A stretch of 64,000 nucleotides of DNA from Candidatus Poribacteria bacterium (GTDB lineage: Bacteria; Poribacteria; WGA-4E; PCPOR2b), in contig OZ244042.1 of NCBI GenBank assembly GCA_965215015.1, positions 5,504,001 through 5,568,000 of the forward strand. Reading direction: 5' to 3'. The notes below the pieces were generated by a model. The model was not told the origin of the DNA. It saw only the letters and a list, made by a program, of their open reading frames with translations, and did not search any database. Of this stretch, positions 50,891 to 61,395 are shown in pieces. The position numbers and the translations under genes were made by a program. How positions within the stretch are numbered: the stretch's first letter is position 1; every line of letters begins with the position of its first letter.

Positions 50891-51907
50891 TTAACGAAAC
50901 GGCATTGCGTACAGCAAGCCCCCTTGAGTCCAAGGCTTATTTATACCGCGCGGCAGACCAATGGGGGTAAGGTTACGTTCAAAAATTTCACCATAGTTGC
51001 CGACGGTAGCGATAACCTGACGCGCCCAATCTTTCGACAGACCGAGTTTCCCGCCCATATCGCCGGTTTCGCCCAAGAAGCGTCCAATCTCTGGGTTTTT
51101 GGATTTATAAGTACTAACATTCGATTGAGCAATTCCGTGCTCCTCGGCGAAGAACGTGGCATAAACAACCCAGCTAACGACATCGTTCCATTTGTTATCT
51201 CCATGGATAGTGACGGGTCCCAACGGTTCCTTTGAAATAGTCACATCAAGAATAACATGTGCCTCTGGATTCTTTAAGACGTTGCGACGGGCAGCCAGCT
51301 GCGATTTATCACTTGTAACGACATCACAACGCTCCTGCTCGTAACTGTTGTAAAGGGTATCAATCTCCTCAAAAACAACCGGGTTAAAATCTACCCCTAA
51401 AGCTCGCATTGTATCCGCTAGGTTTAGCTCAGTCGTGCTGCCTGCGGTGACACAGATACTCGCGCCTGCCAACTCCTCTAAGGAAGTGATGCCGTGCGCT
51501 TTACGTAGCATGAATCCTTGGCCATCGTAAAAGGTAGGCGGGGCGAAGTCAGCACCCACCTGGGTGTCTCGAGTAAGCGTCCAGGTAGTGTTTCTTATTA
51601 AGACATCTATCTCACCTGTCTGAAGGGCGGGAAAACGTTCCGGTGCCTTCAACGGCACGAATTCAACCTTATCTGGATCGCCGAAAATAGCGGCAGCAAT
51701 TGCCCGACAATAATCCACGTCGAAACCACTCCATGTGCCATCTTGGCTGAGGAAGCTGAAGCCGGGCAAACCGCCGTATACCCCACAAACTAGCCTCCCC
51801 CTATTTTTTACTTTATCCAACACACTGTCCTGACTCCTTGTCAGTGATGGTACTATCAGTGTAACAGCTAGAACAAATACTAAAGTGCTAATCCAAAACC
51901 TACGCAT
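50891..51907 (-). CDS. aapJ: General L-amino acid ABC transporter substrate-binding protein
   Basis: RGRLVCGV, GFDVDYCRAIAAA, RNTTWTLTRD, ISKEPLGP, GNYGEIFERN, GGLLYAMPFR. Confidence 0.92.
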   Translation of the reverse strand: MRRFWISTLVFVLAVTLIVPSLTRSQDSVLDKVKNRGRLVCGVYGGLPGFSFLSQDGTWSGFDVDYCRAIAAAIFGDPDKVEFVPLKAPERFPALQTGEIDVLIRNTTWTLTRDTQVGADFAPPTFYDGQGFMLRKAHGITSLEELAGASICVTAGSTTELNLADTMRALGVDFNPVVFEEIDTLYNSYEQERCDVVTSDKSQLAARRNVLKNPEAHVILDVTISKEPLGPVTIHGDNKWNDVVSWVVYATFFAEEHGIAQSNVSTYKSKNPEIGRFLGETGDMGGKLGLSKDWARQVIATVGNYGEIFERNLTPIGLPRGINKPWTQGGLLYAMPFR

Positions 51908-52005
51908 TAAAATCCTCCTTTTTAGTGCTTTTTAGTGTAGGCACGAACCATACGCCCCTACCATCAGAAACTCGGAAAGCCTGAAATAGCTTAAATTCGA
52001 CGAAA

Positions 52006-52034
52006 ATTCTAACACAATTGTAGGGAGCTGTCAA
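52006..52034 (-). promoter_or_regulatory. Sigma70-type promoter for the aap operon
   Basis: TTGACA-17 nt-TAGAAT on the minus strand. Confidence 0.7.
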
Positions 52035-52236
52035 TCAATCCGCTACCAAAGGAGAGAGTGAGAGGCTCCTACAAGTCAAGCTATCAACGCCGAGGCACCA
52101 CAGGTCAGTTTTTCGTGCCGTTCTCTGTGGAATTATGGTATAATGAGCAATTATTCCACCGAGCAAAACGCTGAGAAACGTGCTGCTGCTGAAGGTACAA
52201 AAATTCACTATACATCGCTTCCACGGGGTCTACCTC

Positions 52237-53985
52237 ATGTCATTTGATAGCCTAGCTTTACATCTTGTAACGGATGAACTCCGTCATACAATTCTAAATG
52301 GTACCATTCGGCATATTGAACAGTTGAACTCTCACAGCATTGTACTGAAAATCTCTCAGTCAACCACAACTCACTTTTTGCTGATCTCGACTCATTCTGT
52401 TCATGCCCGTGCACACCTGATAGAACGCCCGCCGAAAGGACAAGCCAGATCCCATTTTGCAGACTTCCTGATGAAGCACGTTATACGGGGACAACTCACA
52501 GCAGTCGAGCAGGTTGGCTTGGATCGAGTTCTAAAGCTCACCATCGCACCCACTTCCGATGTCCTCGAAACGTCCCCCAAATCGATTATCGCAGAAGTTA
52601 TGGGCAAGCACAGCAATATCATCCTCGTAGATGAAGCGAGCGGCAATATCCTCGAAAGTATCAAGCATATCGACGAAACGATGAGCCGCTATCGTGAGGT
52701 ATTGCCCGGTCTAGCTTATACCCCACCGCCGCAACAAGATAAATGGCATCCACTCAAGCTAGACCAAGAAACCTTTATTTCGCTTGTTGAAGATCGGGAG
52801 ATTGGTTGGCGATTTCTGTTTAACCAAATCGATGGCTTGAGCCCAACCCTTGCCAAAGAGATTATCGCTCGTGTCGATAATCAATCTACCCTAGCGGACC
52901 TGTGGGAGGCATATCAGCAGGTTGTAGGGTGCTTCCAGTCCTCCCACAGCCGCCCCCAAGTACTTATTGAAGCAAACGATCGGGGTAAACAGTCCCAATC
53001 GGAAAGCAACAACTTGGAGGAGGGAGATAAAGTTGTCGCTGTCGCTGCGCTCAAACTTGCACAATTTCCACACACTGAGAGTCGGTTTTTTGAAACGATG
53101 AGCAAAGCACTCGCCGCCTACTACGATGCAGTTATTCACGATGAGACGATGCAATCTGATCGGAATGGATTGCGTCAAGTTTTGGACAAGATGAGCGGGG
53201 CATTGGTTCGGAAACAGGTGTCGCTACGACAGGATTTGGCGAATGCGGAGCAGGCTGAAGATTATCGGATCAAAGGTGAACTCCTCACTGCGAATTTACA
53301 CCATACCAAACGAGGACAAGCAGTTATCGAGGTACAAAACTACTACAGTCCAGATTTAAGTGTCTTGCCAATTAAACTTGATCCGCAACTCAGTCCGTCA
53401 GAAAACGCCCAACAATACTTCAAGAGATACACCAAAGCAAAACGCGGAATTTCGGTCATCCATCAGTTGATTGCTGATAATGAGGCAGAGCAAGAGGTAT
53501 TACAGGCTTATACCTCAGAAGTAGAGGCGGCAAAGGGGTTGAAGGAACTTCGAGCGATTCAGTCTGAGTTTGTAAAAAAAGGTTGGATAAAAGAAACCAA
53601 ACGTCAGTCCAAGCAGACCGAATCCGCTGGCGCATTTCGGAAATATACCTCGCCTGATGGTTTTCAGATTTACGTTGGGCGCAACAGCAAGGAAAATGAC
53701 CTACTCCTCCGCCGAATTGCTTCAAGTCGAGATATGTGGTTACATGCAAAGCAGATTCACGGTTCACATGTTATCATTCGCAATCCCGAAAACAAGCCGG
53801 GTATCCCAATGCCAACGTTGCTAAAGGCGGCCCAGATTGCAGCGTTCTTTAGTAAAGCGCAACACTCCAGCTATGTCCCGGTTGATTATACATGGTTTCG
53901 GTATGTCGTCAAACCGAAGGGCACCGCCGCAGGCTTCGTGACTTACACCCACGAAAAGACATTGTATATTGAACCAAGCGTGTAA
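52237..53985 (+). CDS. rqcH: NFACT/FbpA family protein (ribosome quality control RqcH/Rqc2)
   Basis: MSFDSL, DRVL, EVMGKHSNIILVD, ENAQQYFKRY, VGRNSKENDLL, WLHAKQIHGSHV, VDYT; extended -10 TGGTATAAT at 52136-52144. Confidence 0.9.
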   Translation: MSFDSLALHLVTDELRHTILNGTIRHIEQLNSHSIVLKISQSTTTHFLLISTHSVHARAHLIERPPKGQARSHFADFLMKHVIRGQLTAVEQVGLDRVLKLTIAPTSDVLETSPKSIIAEVMGKHSNIILVDEASGNILESIKHIDETMSRYREVLPGLAYTPPPQQDKWHPLKLDQETFISLVEDREIGWRFLFNQIDGLSPTLAKEIIARVDNQSTLADLWEAYQQVVGCFQSSHSRPQVLIEANDRGKQSQSESNNLEEGDKVVAVAALKLAQFPHTESRFFETMSKALAAYYDAVIHDETMQSDRNGLRQVLDKMSGALVRKQVSLRQDLANAEQAEDYRIKGELLTANLHHTKRGQAVIEVQNYYSPDLSVLPIKLDPQLSPSENAQQYFKRYTKAKRGISVIHQLIADNEAEQEVLQAYTSEVEAAKGLKELRAIQSEFVKKGWIKETKRQSKQTESAGAFRKYTSPDGFQIYVGRNSKENDLLLRRIASSRDMWLHAKQIHGSHVIIRNPENKPGIPMPTLLKAAQIAAFFSKAQHSSYVPVDYTWFRYVVKPKGTAAGFVTYTHEKTLYIEPSV

Positions 53986-54043
53986 GGCAAAGCAACCTGC
54001 CCGCTTGGTGCGTTTGACTCATTACATTTAATGGATACGCGCA

Positions 54044-55855
54044 TCAAATCTTGAAAATCTCACCCAAACGTCCCCCCAGTATACGCCCCGCAGTAACTAG
54101 ACACGCTATCAGGATAAACATCCCCACAACCCCCAATGCACAGGCAATATACGCCCCACCAACCGGGCGTTGTGAGAGATTCCAAATGGCTTTGGTAATT
54201 GGGTTATACTGGTCCCGCATAGCCAGAATTAAGCTGTCGGACACTTCCAACATAGAGAATGAGAATACGAGGATTGAGCCGGCGATGATATTGGCGATCA
54301 CAAGGGGCAGCGTAATCTTATACAGCGTCCGTGCTGAGCTTGCGCCGAGATTCTGTGATGCCTCTTCCAATGTAACACTCGTCTGCTGAAGCCCTGCATA
54401 AATTGATCGGAGCATATACGGCAAACGCCGCACCGCATAACTAATAATTAGCAGAACAATGGGGTTTTGTCGGGGATCTAAGATGGATACCATGGACTGG
54501 GGTAAGTGCCGGAGTAAAAGCGTTGTATCCGCGAAACTACCCACATAGCCAAACGCGAGCGCGACACCGGGAAGGGCTAAGGGTAACATGGCGATGGCAT
54601 CGAGGACGTTCTTGAAGGGAATCCGCTTGCGGGTTAGAAGGTATGCGAGGCTGATACCGAGGAGGAGCGCAAGCAGTGTGCTAAATACGCTGTAGAATAA
54701 ACTATTCTTGATACTTAGTAACGTATCTTCCAGCTTACTTTCATGGCTAAAAACCTCTGAATAATGGTTCAGCGTATAGCTCTGAGGCAGCACACTCAGC
54801 CGCCACTGACTCGCATCAGGAGTTAGTGAGGTCAGGACAATACTGATATGCGGCAACAACGCCATGAATATAATAGCTCCTACAAAAAGATAGATGATGA
54901 TACACATCCAACGATTTGCTTGAATCTCACGTGAACCAACATGCCCACGTCCAAGCATTTCGTAACGTCCGGTGCCCGTCCAACGCTTAGAGATATAGAA
55001 TGCAAGGGCTGTCAGCACTACAATCAAGACGACGAGTGCGTACCCCATTGGATTGACGTTGGCATCGGTAACTTGGCGAAAAATCCGTACAGCGATAACT
55101 TCGTTGTAGTTGAAGATTAACGGTGTACCTAGATCGGTGAATGCCCAAATGAACACTAGGATGGCACCTGCGAAATATCCGGGGAGCATCAGCGGGAGTG
55201 TCACTGTCCGGAAAAGCGTCAAGCGCGATGCCCCCATGTTTTCCGCTGCCTCTTCCAGGCTTGGGTCTACATTTGCCAGCACCGCAACGACGTTGAGATA
55301 CATAATCGGATAGAGGTGCAGGGTTGACAGTAGTATCACTCCCCAAAAGCCGCTCCCAAACCAATCAATCGGTTCTGCCAAATCGATAAGCCCAATCTTG
55401 TTCAGGAAGATGTTTACGCTACCGTACAGACCGAAAAGCTGCTTCATGCCGATTGCCCCAACGAAAGGCGGCATAATAATCGGAATCAGGATAATCCCTT
55501 GTAAGATATTACGTCCGGGGAAGCGATAGCGGGTGAGGAAATAGGCAAGGGGCAAGGTTATAAGCGTTGTTGTTAGTGTCACTACAACGCCCATATTGAA
55601 GCTATTAACGACCAGTTCACGGATGCTTTCATCCGTAACCATTAGCTTGAAATACGCAAAACTCAGATGGCCGTTAATCCAGAAAGATTCTTTGAAAATG
55701 TACAGGAGTGGATATATCAGAAAGATAAGGAAAAAGAAAATAATCGGTAGGAGGAGCAGCAAGACAGAGGGCGTTAAATCGTATTTCCTTAGCATAGCCA
55801 TTTGAGGGGGCGTGTGGCGAGACTTCCTACCTACCATAAGCCCCCCCACCTGCAC
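54044..55855 (-). CDS. Iron/thiamine-type ABC transporter permease (FbpB-like, two TM domains)
   Basis: Two EAA motifs (LEEAAENMGAS, LEEASQNLGAS), MPPFVGAIG, DLGTPL; true start probably near 55799. Confidence 0.9.
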   Translation of the reverse strand: MQVGGLMVGRKSRHTPPQMAMLRKYDLTPSVLLLLLPIIFFFLIFLIYPLLYIFKESFWINGHLSFAYFKLMVTDESIRELVVNSFNMGVVVTLTTTLITLPLAYFLTRYRFPGRNILQGIILIPIIMPPFVGAIGMKQLFGLYGSVNIFLNKIGLIDLAEPIDWFGSGFWGVILLSTLHLYPIMYLNVVAVLANVDPSLEEAAENMGASRLTLFRTVTLPLMLPGYFAGAILVFIWAFTDLGTPLIFNYNEVIAVRIFRQVTDANVNPMGYALVVLIVVLTALAFYISKRWTGTGRYEMLGRGHVGSREIQANRWMCIIIYLFVGAIIFMALLPHISIVLTSLTPDASQWRLSVLPQSYTLNHYSEVFSHESKLEDTLLSIKNSLFYSVFSTLLALLLGISLAYLLTRKRIPFKNVLDAIAMLPLALPGVALAFGYVGSFADTTLLLRHLPQSMVSILDPRQNPIVLLIISYAVRRLPYMLRSIYAGLQQTSVTLEEASQNLGASSARTLYKITLPLVIANIIAGSILVFSFSMLEVSDSLILAMRDQYNPITKAIWNLSQRPVGGAYIACALGVVGMFILIACLVTAGRILGGRLGEIFKI

Positions 55856-57345
55856 TAATCACCAATCTTTTTCGCCATGGCGAGATTAGGAGGAAACCCA
55901 CACATGAGTTCTCGAGGTTTGAAATTTGGCGAGAAATCGTACAGCCCGTAGTGAAGCAGCCCATCATTTTTAACAACCTTATCTTCAACAGAGTCGAAAA
56001 CGAGGCCTTGCAGATATTCATTCTTGTTCCCAATCCGTTGCGCGTGCATGTTGCGCCGTTTTATAGTATTCACAGCTTTCTGAAGTTCGGGTGGAATCGG
56101 CTGCTGATTTTGGCGCATCTCCAGATATGTCCGCATCACATGCCAACGCTTGGGACCCCCGTTATAAAAAGTATAATACGCCCAGTGATATGGCTGCAAG
56201 TCTTGTTTAAGATTGAGCTCGGTTTTGAGAGCTTTGGCATTTTTCCTGTAAAAATCCAGACATTCGTCGAAACGATAGGTCTTATCACGCTTTATGTGGT
56301 AGGCTGCCAAGAAAGCACCAATGTGAGGGGCTTTCAGCAGATTCGTGTAATATTTCCCAGTCGGATTTTTTTGCCGATCGTAGGTGCCCGCTAGCTCTTC
56401 TTCTAATCGAGGTAGATAATCATTCCAGGTGAGCTGCTCCGTCGTTTCCCATCTCTTTCCAAGGCTGAGAAACTCAAAAAAGGGAGAATATGCTGGCATA
56501 CTTGGATCTAAAATGTGACGAATCAAGTTGGGTAAGACCACCAGATTATTCTGAGCAATGCCAATATCATCTTTCCCAGTTTCAGTCTGACTGGGACCAA
56601 CTACGATTTCATTGAAGTGGGTCTCAATTTCAAAAATCTTCAATAGCAGCAATGGATCTATGTCGGCAACCCGACCAGCAATCAGCGCGAATGGGAAATA
56701 GCGCCGCGCCTCAAATAATACGTGTTCTAATGCCTTTGGACTATATCCCGGCACACTTAATCCTTTTTGGTATACCAGTTCATTTGCGGTGATTCCATAT
56801 ACTTCCTGCTCAGTTTTCCGATTGAAGTTACTATAAATTCGATAGGCTTGTTTGATCGCCGGCAGAATCAATTGGTCAAAAATCCTCCGGTGATCATCCT
56901 GCAGCACTACGTCGTAAATGATGGGAAGTTGTTGCGGATCGTCTTGATCATATCCATCGAGTTGGAGTTGAATCAGTTTCTCCTCCATCGTTTTACCGGA
57001 GGTTGTAAGTGTTTCCAAAACACCATATGTTACGGCGTCCTGGACTTTCTTCCCCTGTATCAAGGTCAAGACAATAGTATGATTTTTTGTCAGGTAGTAC
57101 CAGAACGTATCTTTCTGCTTCACCCCAAGATGAACTAGAAATCCACAAAGTGTTAAAAAAGACAGGAGACAAATCACCAGAGTGGCTCGCATAACAATCC
57201 GAAACAGAAACTTCCCTAGCGCGGTGAGTGGAGTTTCCGAAATGTACGGTGGGAGAATTTTATTCAATCGTTCATTTATTTCGTGCTGTTCAGAGAAATG
57301 GGGCTTAACGGGGTAGGATTCCAATTTCTTCGGTAATAAGTCCAT
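55855..57345 (-). CDS. Membrane-anchored protein with putative lytic transglycosylase (SLT-like) domain
   Basis: One TM helix; IDPLLLLKIFEIETHFN, DIGIAQ and FYNGGP correspond to SLT motifs I-III. Confidence 0.55.
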   Translation of the reverse strand: MDLLPKKLESYPVKPHFSEQHEINERLNKILPPYISETPLTALGKFLFRIVMRATLVICLLSFLTLCGFLVHLGVKQKDTFWYYLTKNHTIVLTLIQGKKVQDAVTYGVLETLTTSGKTMEEKLIQLQLDGYDQDDPQQLPIIYDVVLQDDHRRIFDQLILPAIKQAYRIYSNFNRKTEQEVYGITANELVYQKGLSVPGYSPKALEHVLFEARRYFPFALIAGRVADIDPLLLLKIFEIETHFNEIVVGPSQTETGKDDIGIAQNNLVVLPNLIRHILDPSMPAYSPFFEFLSLGKRWETTEQLTWNDYLPRLEEELAGTYDRQKNPTGKYYTNLLKAPHIGAFLAAYHIKRDKTYRFDECLDFYRKNAKALKTELNLKQDLQPYHWAYYTFYNGGPKRWHVMRTYLEMRQNQQPIPPELQKAVNTIKRRNMHAQRIGNKNEYLQGLVFDSVEDKVVKNDGLLHYGLYDFSPNFKPRELMCGFPPNLAMAKKIGD

Positions 57346-57495
57346 GGTTCTCCAGATTATAAAGTAAAGGTGAGGGGTTCAAAACCGGCTAGTATTCCAT
57401 CATCAACTCCTTGAAAGCTCGGTAGTATGCCTTCAGCCTTACATGAAACGTGAAAACAGGGCTTACGTTTCACATTTTTGGTTTCTTAGGGGAGG

Positions 57496-59637
57496 TTAAG
57501 CCGTACTACTGAAGAAATATTCTAACTGCTCAAGTGGGGTATCTAACTGCATGGGCATCAATTCGTTAATAAGTGAACGAAGTTGATTTTCACGTCCGGG
57601 GACGCTCTGAAGTTGCAGGTTTTGCGTGTTTAAGTATTTCTTCAGTTGTTCGATGAGGAAGGTCTGCAATCCTTTTCCAGATTCGTGCAATTGTGCTGGC
57701 AGCAATGCGGGAACGTTAATTCCGCTAATAAAGATTTCAATCAATTCCAGTTGGTAGTCAATTTGTTCGGTGATTTGCTCATATTTCTCAAGTGCAGACT
57801 CGCGCACCTTATCATTGAACCCTGCGACATCACGATGGACAAATTCCGTATAAGCAGTATTCCAACTGTTTTCATTGAATTGCTCGTTATCGGTACAAAA
57901 TTTTTCCAACCTATTCATTATCTTCATTAGCCGGTCCGATAGAGAAATCTTGATCTCACCATGAAGGGTAGTGGCAAGTTGAGCAAGTGCTCTAATAAAT
58001 GCAAGTTCAAATTCCTTATAATTTTCATCCGATTCCCGTTGCATCAGTTCAATTAGTTGGTTAGAAATAGGGCGTAAGTTGGAAAACTCCTTCAAATGAA
58101 GCTGTACTAAAATGTAAGCGGATTTTGCTAGACTAAAAGCAACATCAAGAGCGGAGTCTCTCGCTTGCTTTTGAATATCATGGACAATTTTCTGAATCCC
58201 CAAGAGCCGCTCGTAAAAGCTGATTTGTTTTTCTGTTTTGTCAAGGGTGTAGGTGCGGGGATTCGGAACTTCAAACGCTTTCTGCGTCAAAATCTCACGT
58301 CTGTCATTGATTTTACGGCGGCGTTGTTTATCTTCGGCATCCTCCAGGGCTTGTGAAAGCGATTGGACGGATTCTTGAAGCGAATCGATCTGGGTATGGA
58401 TGGGTGGATAGTGGTTGTAGCGGAAATCTGTTGTAATGTCCCGAATGTCTTCTAGCAACTCGACGAGGATCTCTCCATACGCCTGATCTTCGAGAGGCGA
58501 GTATACCTTTTCTTCTTGCTCTGCCTCTGCTTCTTCATCTAATAGCCTTTGCACAAATTGATAGAGATATTCAAGTTGATGCTCTTGTAGCAAGGTTGTC
58601 TCTGTATAGGACCAGAGTTTATCCATCAAAATTGCACAACCATCAATAACTGCTCCCCGATCTAGACTCAGTGCTGCAAGACTGATGTGCATCAAGTCCT
58701 CCTCAATTTCTGAGAAATGTGCTTCAAAAACAAAGGCTAGCATTTCATACATCTCATCCGGTATGGGTTCAGGGCGACTTTTATCGACAGTTAAACGCTG
58801 ACCAGAGTGCCCTCTACGCGTACGTTGACGTGTCTTTGTGATAATTAAGGGCTGCATTTCATCTTCGTGCAAGCCGGCAGACCGGCGTCTAGAAGTTCTT
58901 TGGTTATATAGATTGAGGGCATCCTGATAGTGGTAGAGCAGCTCTTCACTCCCTAGTTCAATCAGTAACGATTCGATTGTGCTTTTCGGATCAACGGCAA
59001 TACCTTCTTGGGCGAGTAATCGATTTGACAAGGCGGCAAACCCGTCGGCTCCTAAATTCCGAAAGGGGCGCAGCAAATATGCCCGTTGATCATCAATACA
59101 AATTTTATGTCGTCCAAGCAAAAAAAACTGATTTGTCTGCTTCTGATCACTATCAAACCAAATCTCTAGCGGATAGGTTTTATTATAAACTTGGAAATTG
59201 ATAGATTTGGTGTTGAGCTGATCAAACAACTCTTGGCTGACGTGAGCCAAATCATTGGCATCAATAAGGATGGCAGAAGCATCGTTGTTCGTATAAAAAT
59301 TGACTTCAACGATCCGGTCTTCCGGAAGGAGATGCCGTCGTTCGATGATATGTGTTCCCGTTGCATTTTCATTCGTAATTGCAATCCGCGGAATGTCATA
59401 CGCATCGTAGTAGTAATAAGATTTCCAACTGAAGGTGCGTCGTCTCATTTTCTCAAATAACTGATACGACAAGCGGCCTTTAACCTGCTGTTTGCGTCGT
59501 GTTTCTTTGCCCTCATAGATGGCCATTTTCTCAGTAGTTTCGTGCGGCTGCAGACTGAGTTGTGGAAGCGTTGAAGTCTTTCTCTTGCCGGACAGGCGGT
59601 CTAGTGTATCCGCAATATATTCACTCCAAGTTGCCAT
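57496..59637 (-). CDS. Hypothetical protein, 713 aa, helical C-terminal half
   Basis: Long ORF with AAGGAG RBS; no family recognised. Confidence 0.8.
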   Translation of the reverse strand: MATWSEYIADTLDRLSGKRKTSTLPQLSLQPHETTEKMAIYEGKETRRKQQVKGRLSYQLFEKMRRRTFSWKSYYYYDAYDIPRIAITNENATGTHIIERRHLLPEDRIVEVNFYTNNDASAILIDANDLAHVSQELFDQLNTKSINFQVYNKTYPLEIWFDSDQKQTNQFFLLGRHKICIDDQRAYLLRPFRNLGADGFAALSNRLLAQEGIAVDPKSTIESLLIELGSEELLYHYQDALNLYNQRTSRRRSAGLHEDEMQPLIITKTRQRTRRGHSGQRLTVDKSRPEPIPDEMYEMLAFVFEAHFSEIEEDLMHISLAALSLDRGAVIDGCAILMDKLWSYTETTLLQEHQLEYLYQFVQRLLDEEAEAEQEEKVYSPLEDQAYGEILVELLEDIRDITTDFRYNHYPPIHTQIDSLQESVQSLSQALEDAEDKQRRRKINDRREILTQKAFEVPNPRTYTLDKTEKQISFYERLLGIQKIVHDIQKQARDSALDVAFSLAKSAYILVQLHLKEFSNLRPISNQLIELMQRESDENYKEFELAFIRALAQLATTLHGEIKISLSDRLMKIMNRLEKFCTDNEQFNENSWNTAYTEFVHRDVAGFNDKVRESALEKYEQITEQIDYQLELIEIFISGINVPALLPAQLHESGKGLQTFLIEQLKKYLNTQNLQLQSVPGRENQLRSLINELMPMQLDTPLEQLEYFFSSTA

Positions 59638-59888
59638 GTTATCTCCTTAAAATTCTAGCGTATGATGACAGATTATCTTGAGATAAGATTAGCTGATAGC
59701 CAACGTACCTTCATTGGTCTAATTGCAGTCAATAGTCCACTATATCAAACACTTTTACTGAAATAGTTGTTTCATTTTCAATCGATATAGTGTATAATTT
59801 CTACCGAGGTTTTCAATTCATAACCACAAATTTATTTGAGCATCTTACCTCTTATTAAAGTAAATAATTTATTATAGCACAACTTGGT

Positions 59889-60866
59889 ATGAAAGAAAAG
59901 AAGAATTTAGCGACAATGGATAATCCCCAGCAAATAACTCCTAAGTCTATAGCAGAAACAGCTCAACTGACCTTAGAATCTCTTAAAAAGGTGTTGTCAG
60001 AGTTGAACCTGTTGGGAGAAGACTTTGAGAAATCTGACGGTTTTGTGGATCAGATTGAACATTTGGTTGCAGCCCCTCTAGGGTTTGATATATTCCAGAG
60101 AAAGATCGTGCGCCTCATTGACAATCTCAAAGTAATCACCGAGCGCGCAGTCGAAAATCATCGGTATCTCGCTGGCACTATCGAAGATACGTACGGACAG
60201 ACGACACAACTCCAAAATATAATTGGTGAAACCCATGCTAGTATTGACGCGCGCTTCAAATTCTGGCTGCACTCCTTTCAGACAGGGAATCAACGTGAAG
60301 AACAGAAATCTCGCGAGCTTACAAACTTTTCGGAGTTTCTCAGCTTACTCGCTGAAAAGCAGGTTCGCTATGCTTACTTTTTAGCATCGTTCAAATCAAA
60401 GCCGCTTCTCATTTGCCGGCATCCCCCCCTGGATGCTAATTCACAAAACAATGTAACTTATTCCCTTTCCTCTTATGTCGCGCCGCCAACCGGATCATTT
60501 CGTATCCTAAAAAGGGCGTGGAATAAACTCTTCAAATCCCCTAATAAAAGTGTATTACATCTGTTTCACGATTCGCGCCCCAAGTCATTACTCGGTACAT
60601 TCAAAGGGCGTTCGCCGGTATTGATTAGACCGTACTCCCCCCATCAACATAGTGAACTAAATCAACTCCCCAAAATTATCTATGATTTCATCAACCTCTA
60701 CGGTATATCCGGCTGCATTCACGTTCACTTGTTGAAGCGGGAGGATCAGTGTGCTATTTTCACAACGCAGCGACATGTTGAGTTTGAGGGGAGTTCCGTT
60801 CAGTTAGCTGGCACAGACTACCCTGGCGAATCACTGAAAGATTGTCACCAGCTAATCATTGAATAA
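59889..60866 (+). CDS. Hypothetical protein, 325 aa
   Basis: Long ORF divergent from 57496-59637 after an AT-rich spacer; no family recognised. Confidence 0.7.
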   Translation: MKEKKNLATMDNPQQITPKSIAETAQLTLESLKKVLSELNLLGEDFEKSDGFVDQIEHLVAAPLGFDIFQRKIVRLIDNLKVITERAVENHRYLAGTIEDTYGQTTQLQNIIGETHASIDARFKFWLHSFQTGNQREEQKSRELTNFSEFLSLLAEKQVRYAYFLASFKSKPLLICRHPPLDANSQNNVTYSLSSYVAPPTGSFRILKRAWNKLFKSPNKSVLHLFHDSRPKSLLGTFKGRSPVLIRPYSPHQHSELNQLPKIIYDFINLYGISGCIHVHLLKREDQCAIFTTQRHVEFEGSSVQLAGTDYPGESLKDCHQLIIE

Positions 60867-61108
60867 CCTAAGTTGCTAGGTTCTGTGAACATTTGAAAGA
60901 TTGAACGAATTTTGACACAGTTAGGACAATTTTGGGCTTCTGTCGGTCGATTTGCCAAAATCGAAAATCCCTAGAACATTGCGCTATAGTCTAGACTCAT
61001 TACGCCCGGATTATCGTGCGACAGGCCGGGTATTTTGTCGAGATACGAATCTCGACCGACAGATTGAGCAATAGCACAATCCCGATTTATTGAGGCTGGG
61101 GTCAATCT

Positions 61109-61177
61109 ATAGGTCAGGTAAGGTGCCTGACCTTATGTCAATCCGCTATCGGTTGGACGAGGAAGTCCAACCTACGA
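61109..61177. repeat. Inverted pair of REP-like hairpins
   Basis: ATAGGTCAGG-TAAGGTG-CCTGACC and, on the minus strand, GTAGGTTGGAC-TTCCTC-GTCCAACC. Confidence 0.6.
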
Positions 61178-61287
61178 ATTGTCGCCATTTTACAGCTTGC
61201 TAATTAGGGGTAGCAAAATGTCAACACACCCTAGCAATTTAGGTCTAAATAATATAAACAGTACAAACCTATGCAAGTATTTAAGCG

Positions 61288-61316
61288 TTGACAACCCTGA
61301 TCAGATTTGATATGCT
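61288..61316 (+). promoter_or_regulatory. Sigma70-type promoter for the molybdoenzyme operon
   Basis: TTGACA-17 nt-TATGCT, 80 nt upstream of the TTG start. Confidence 0.7.
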
Positions 61317-61395
61317 TTAACCACGTCAAACTACATTCAGGGTCAACTATTGACGAGGCGCGGGATGCCCCGTACCTTACAGGGAGGTCATAACA

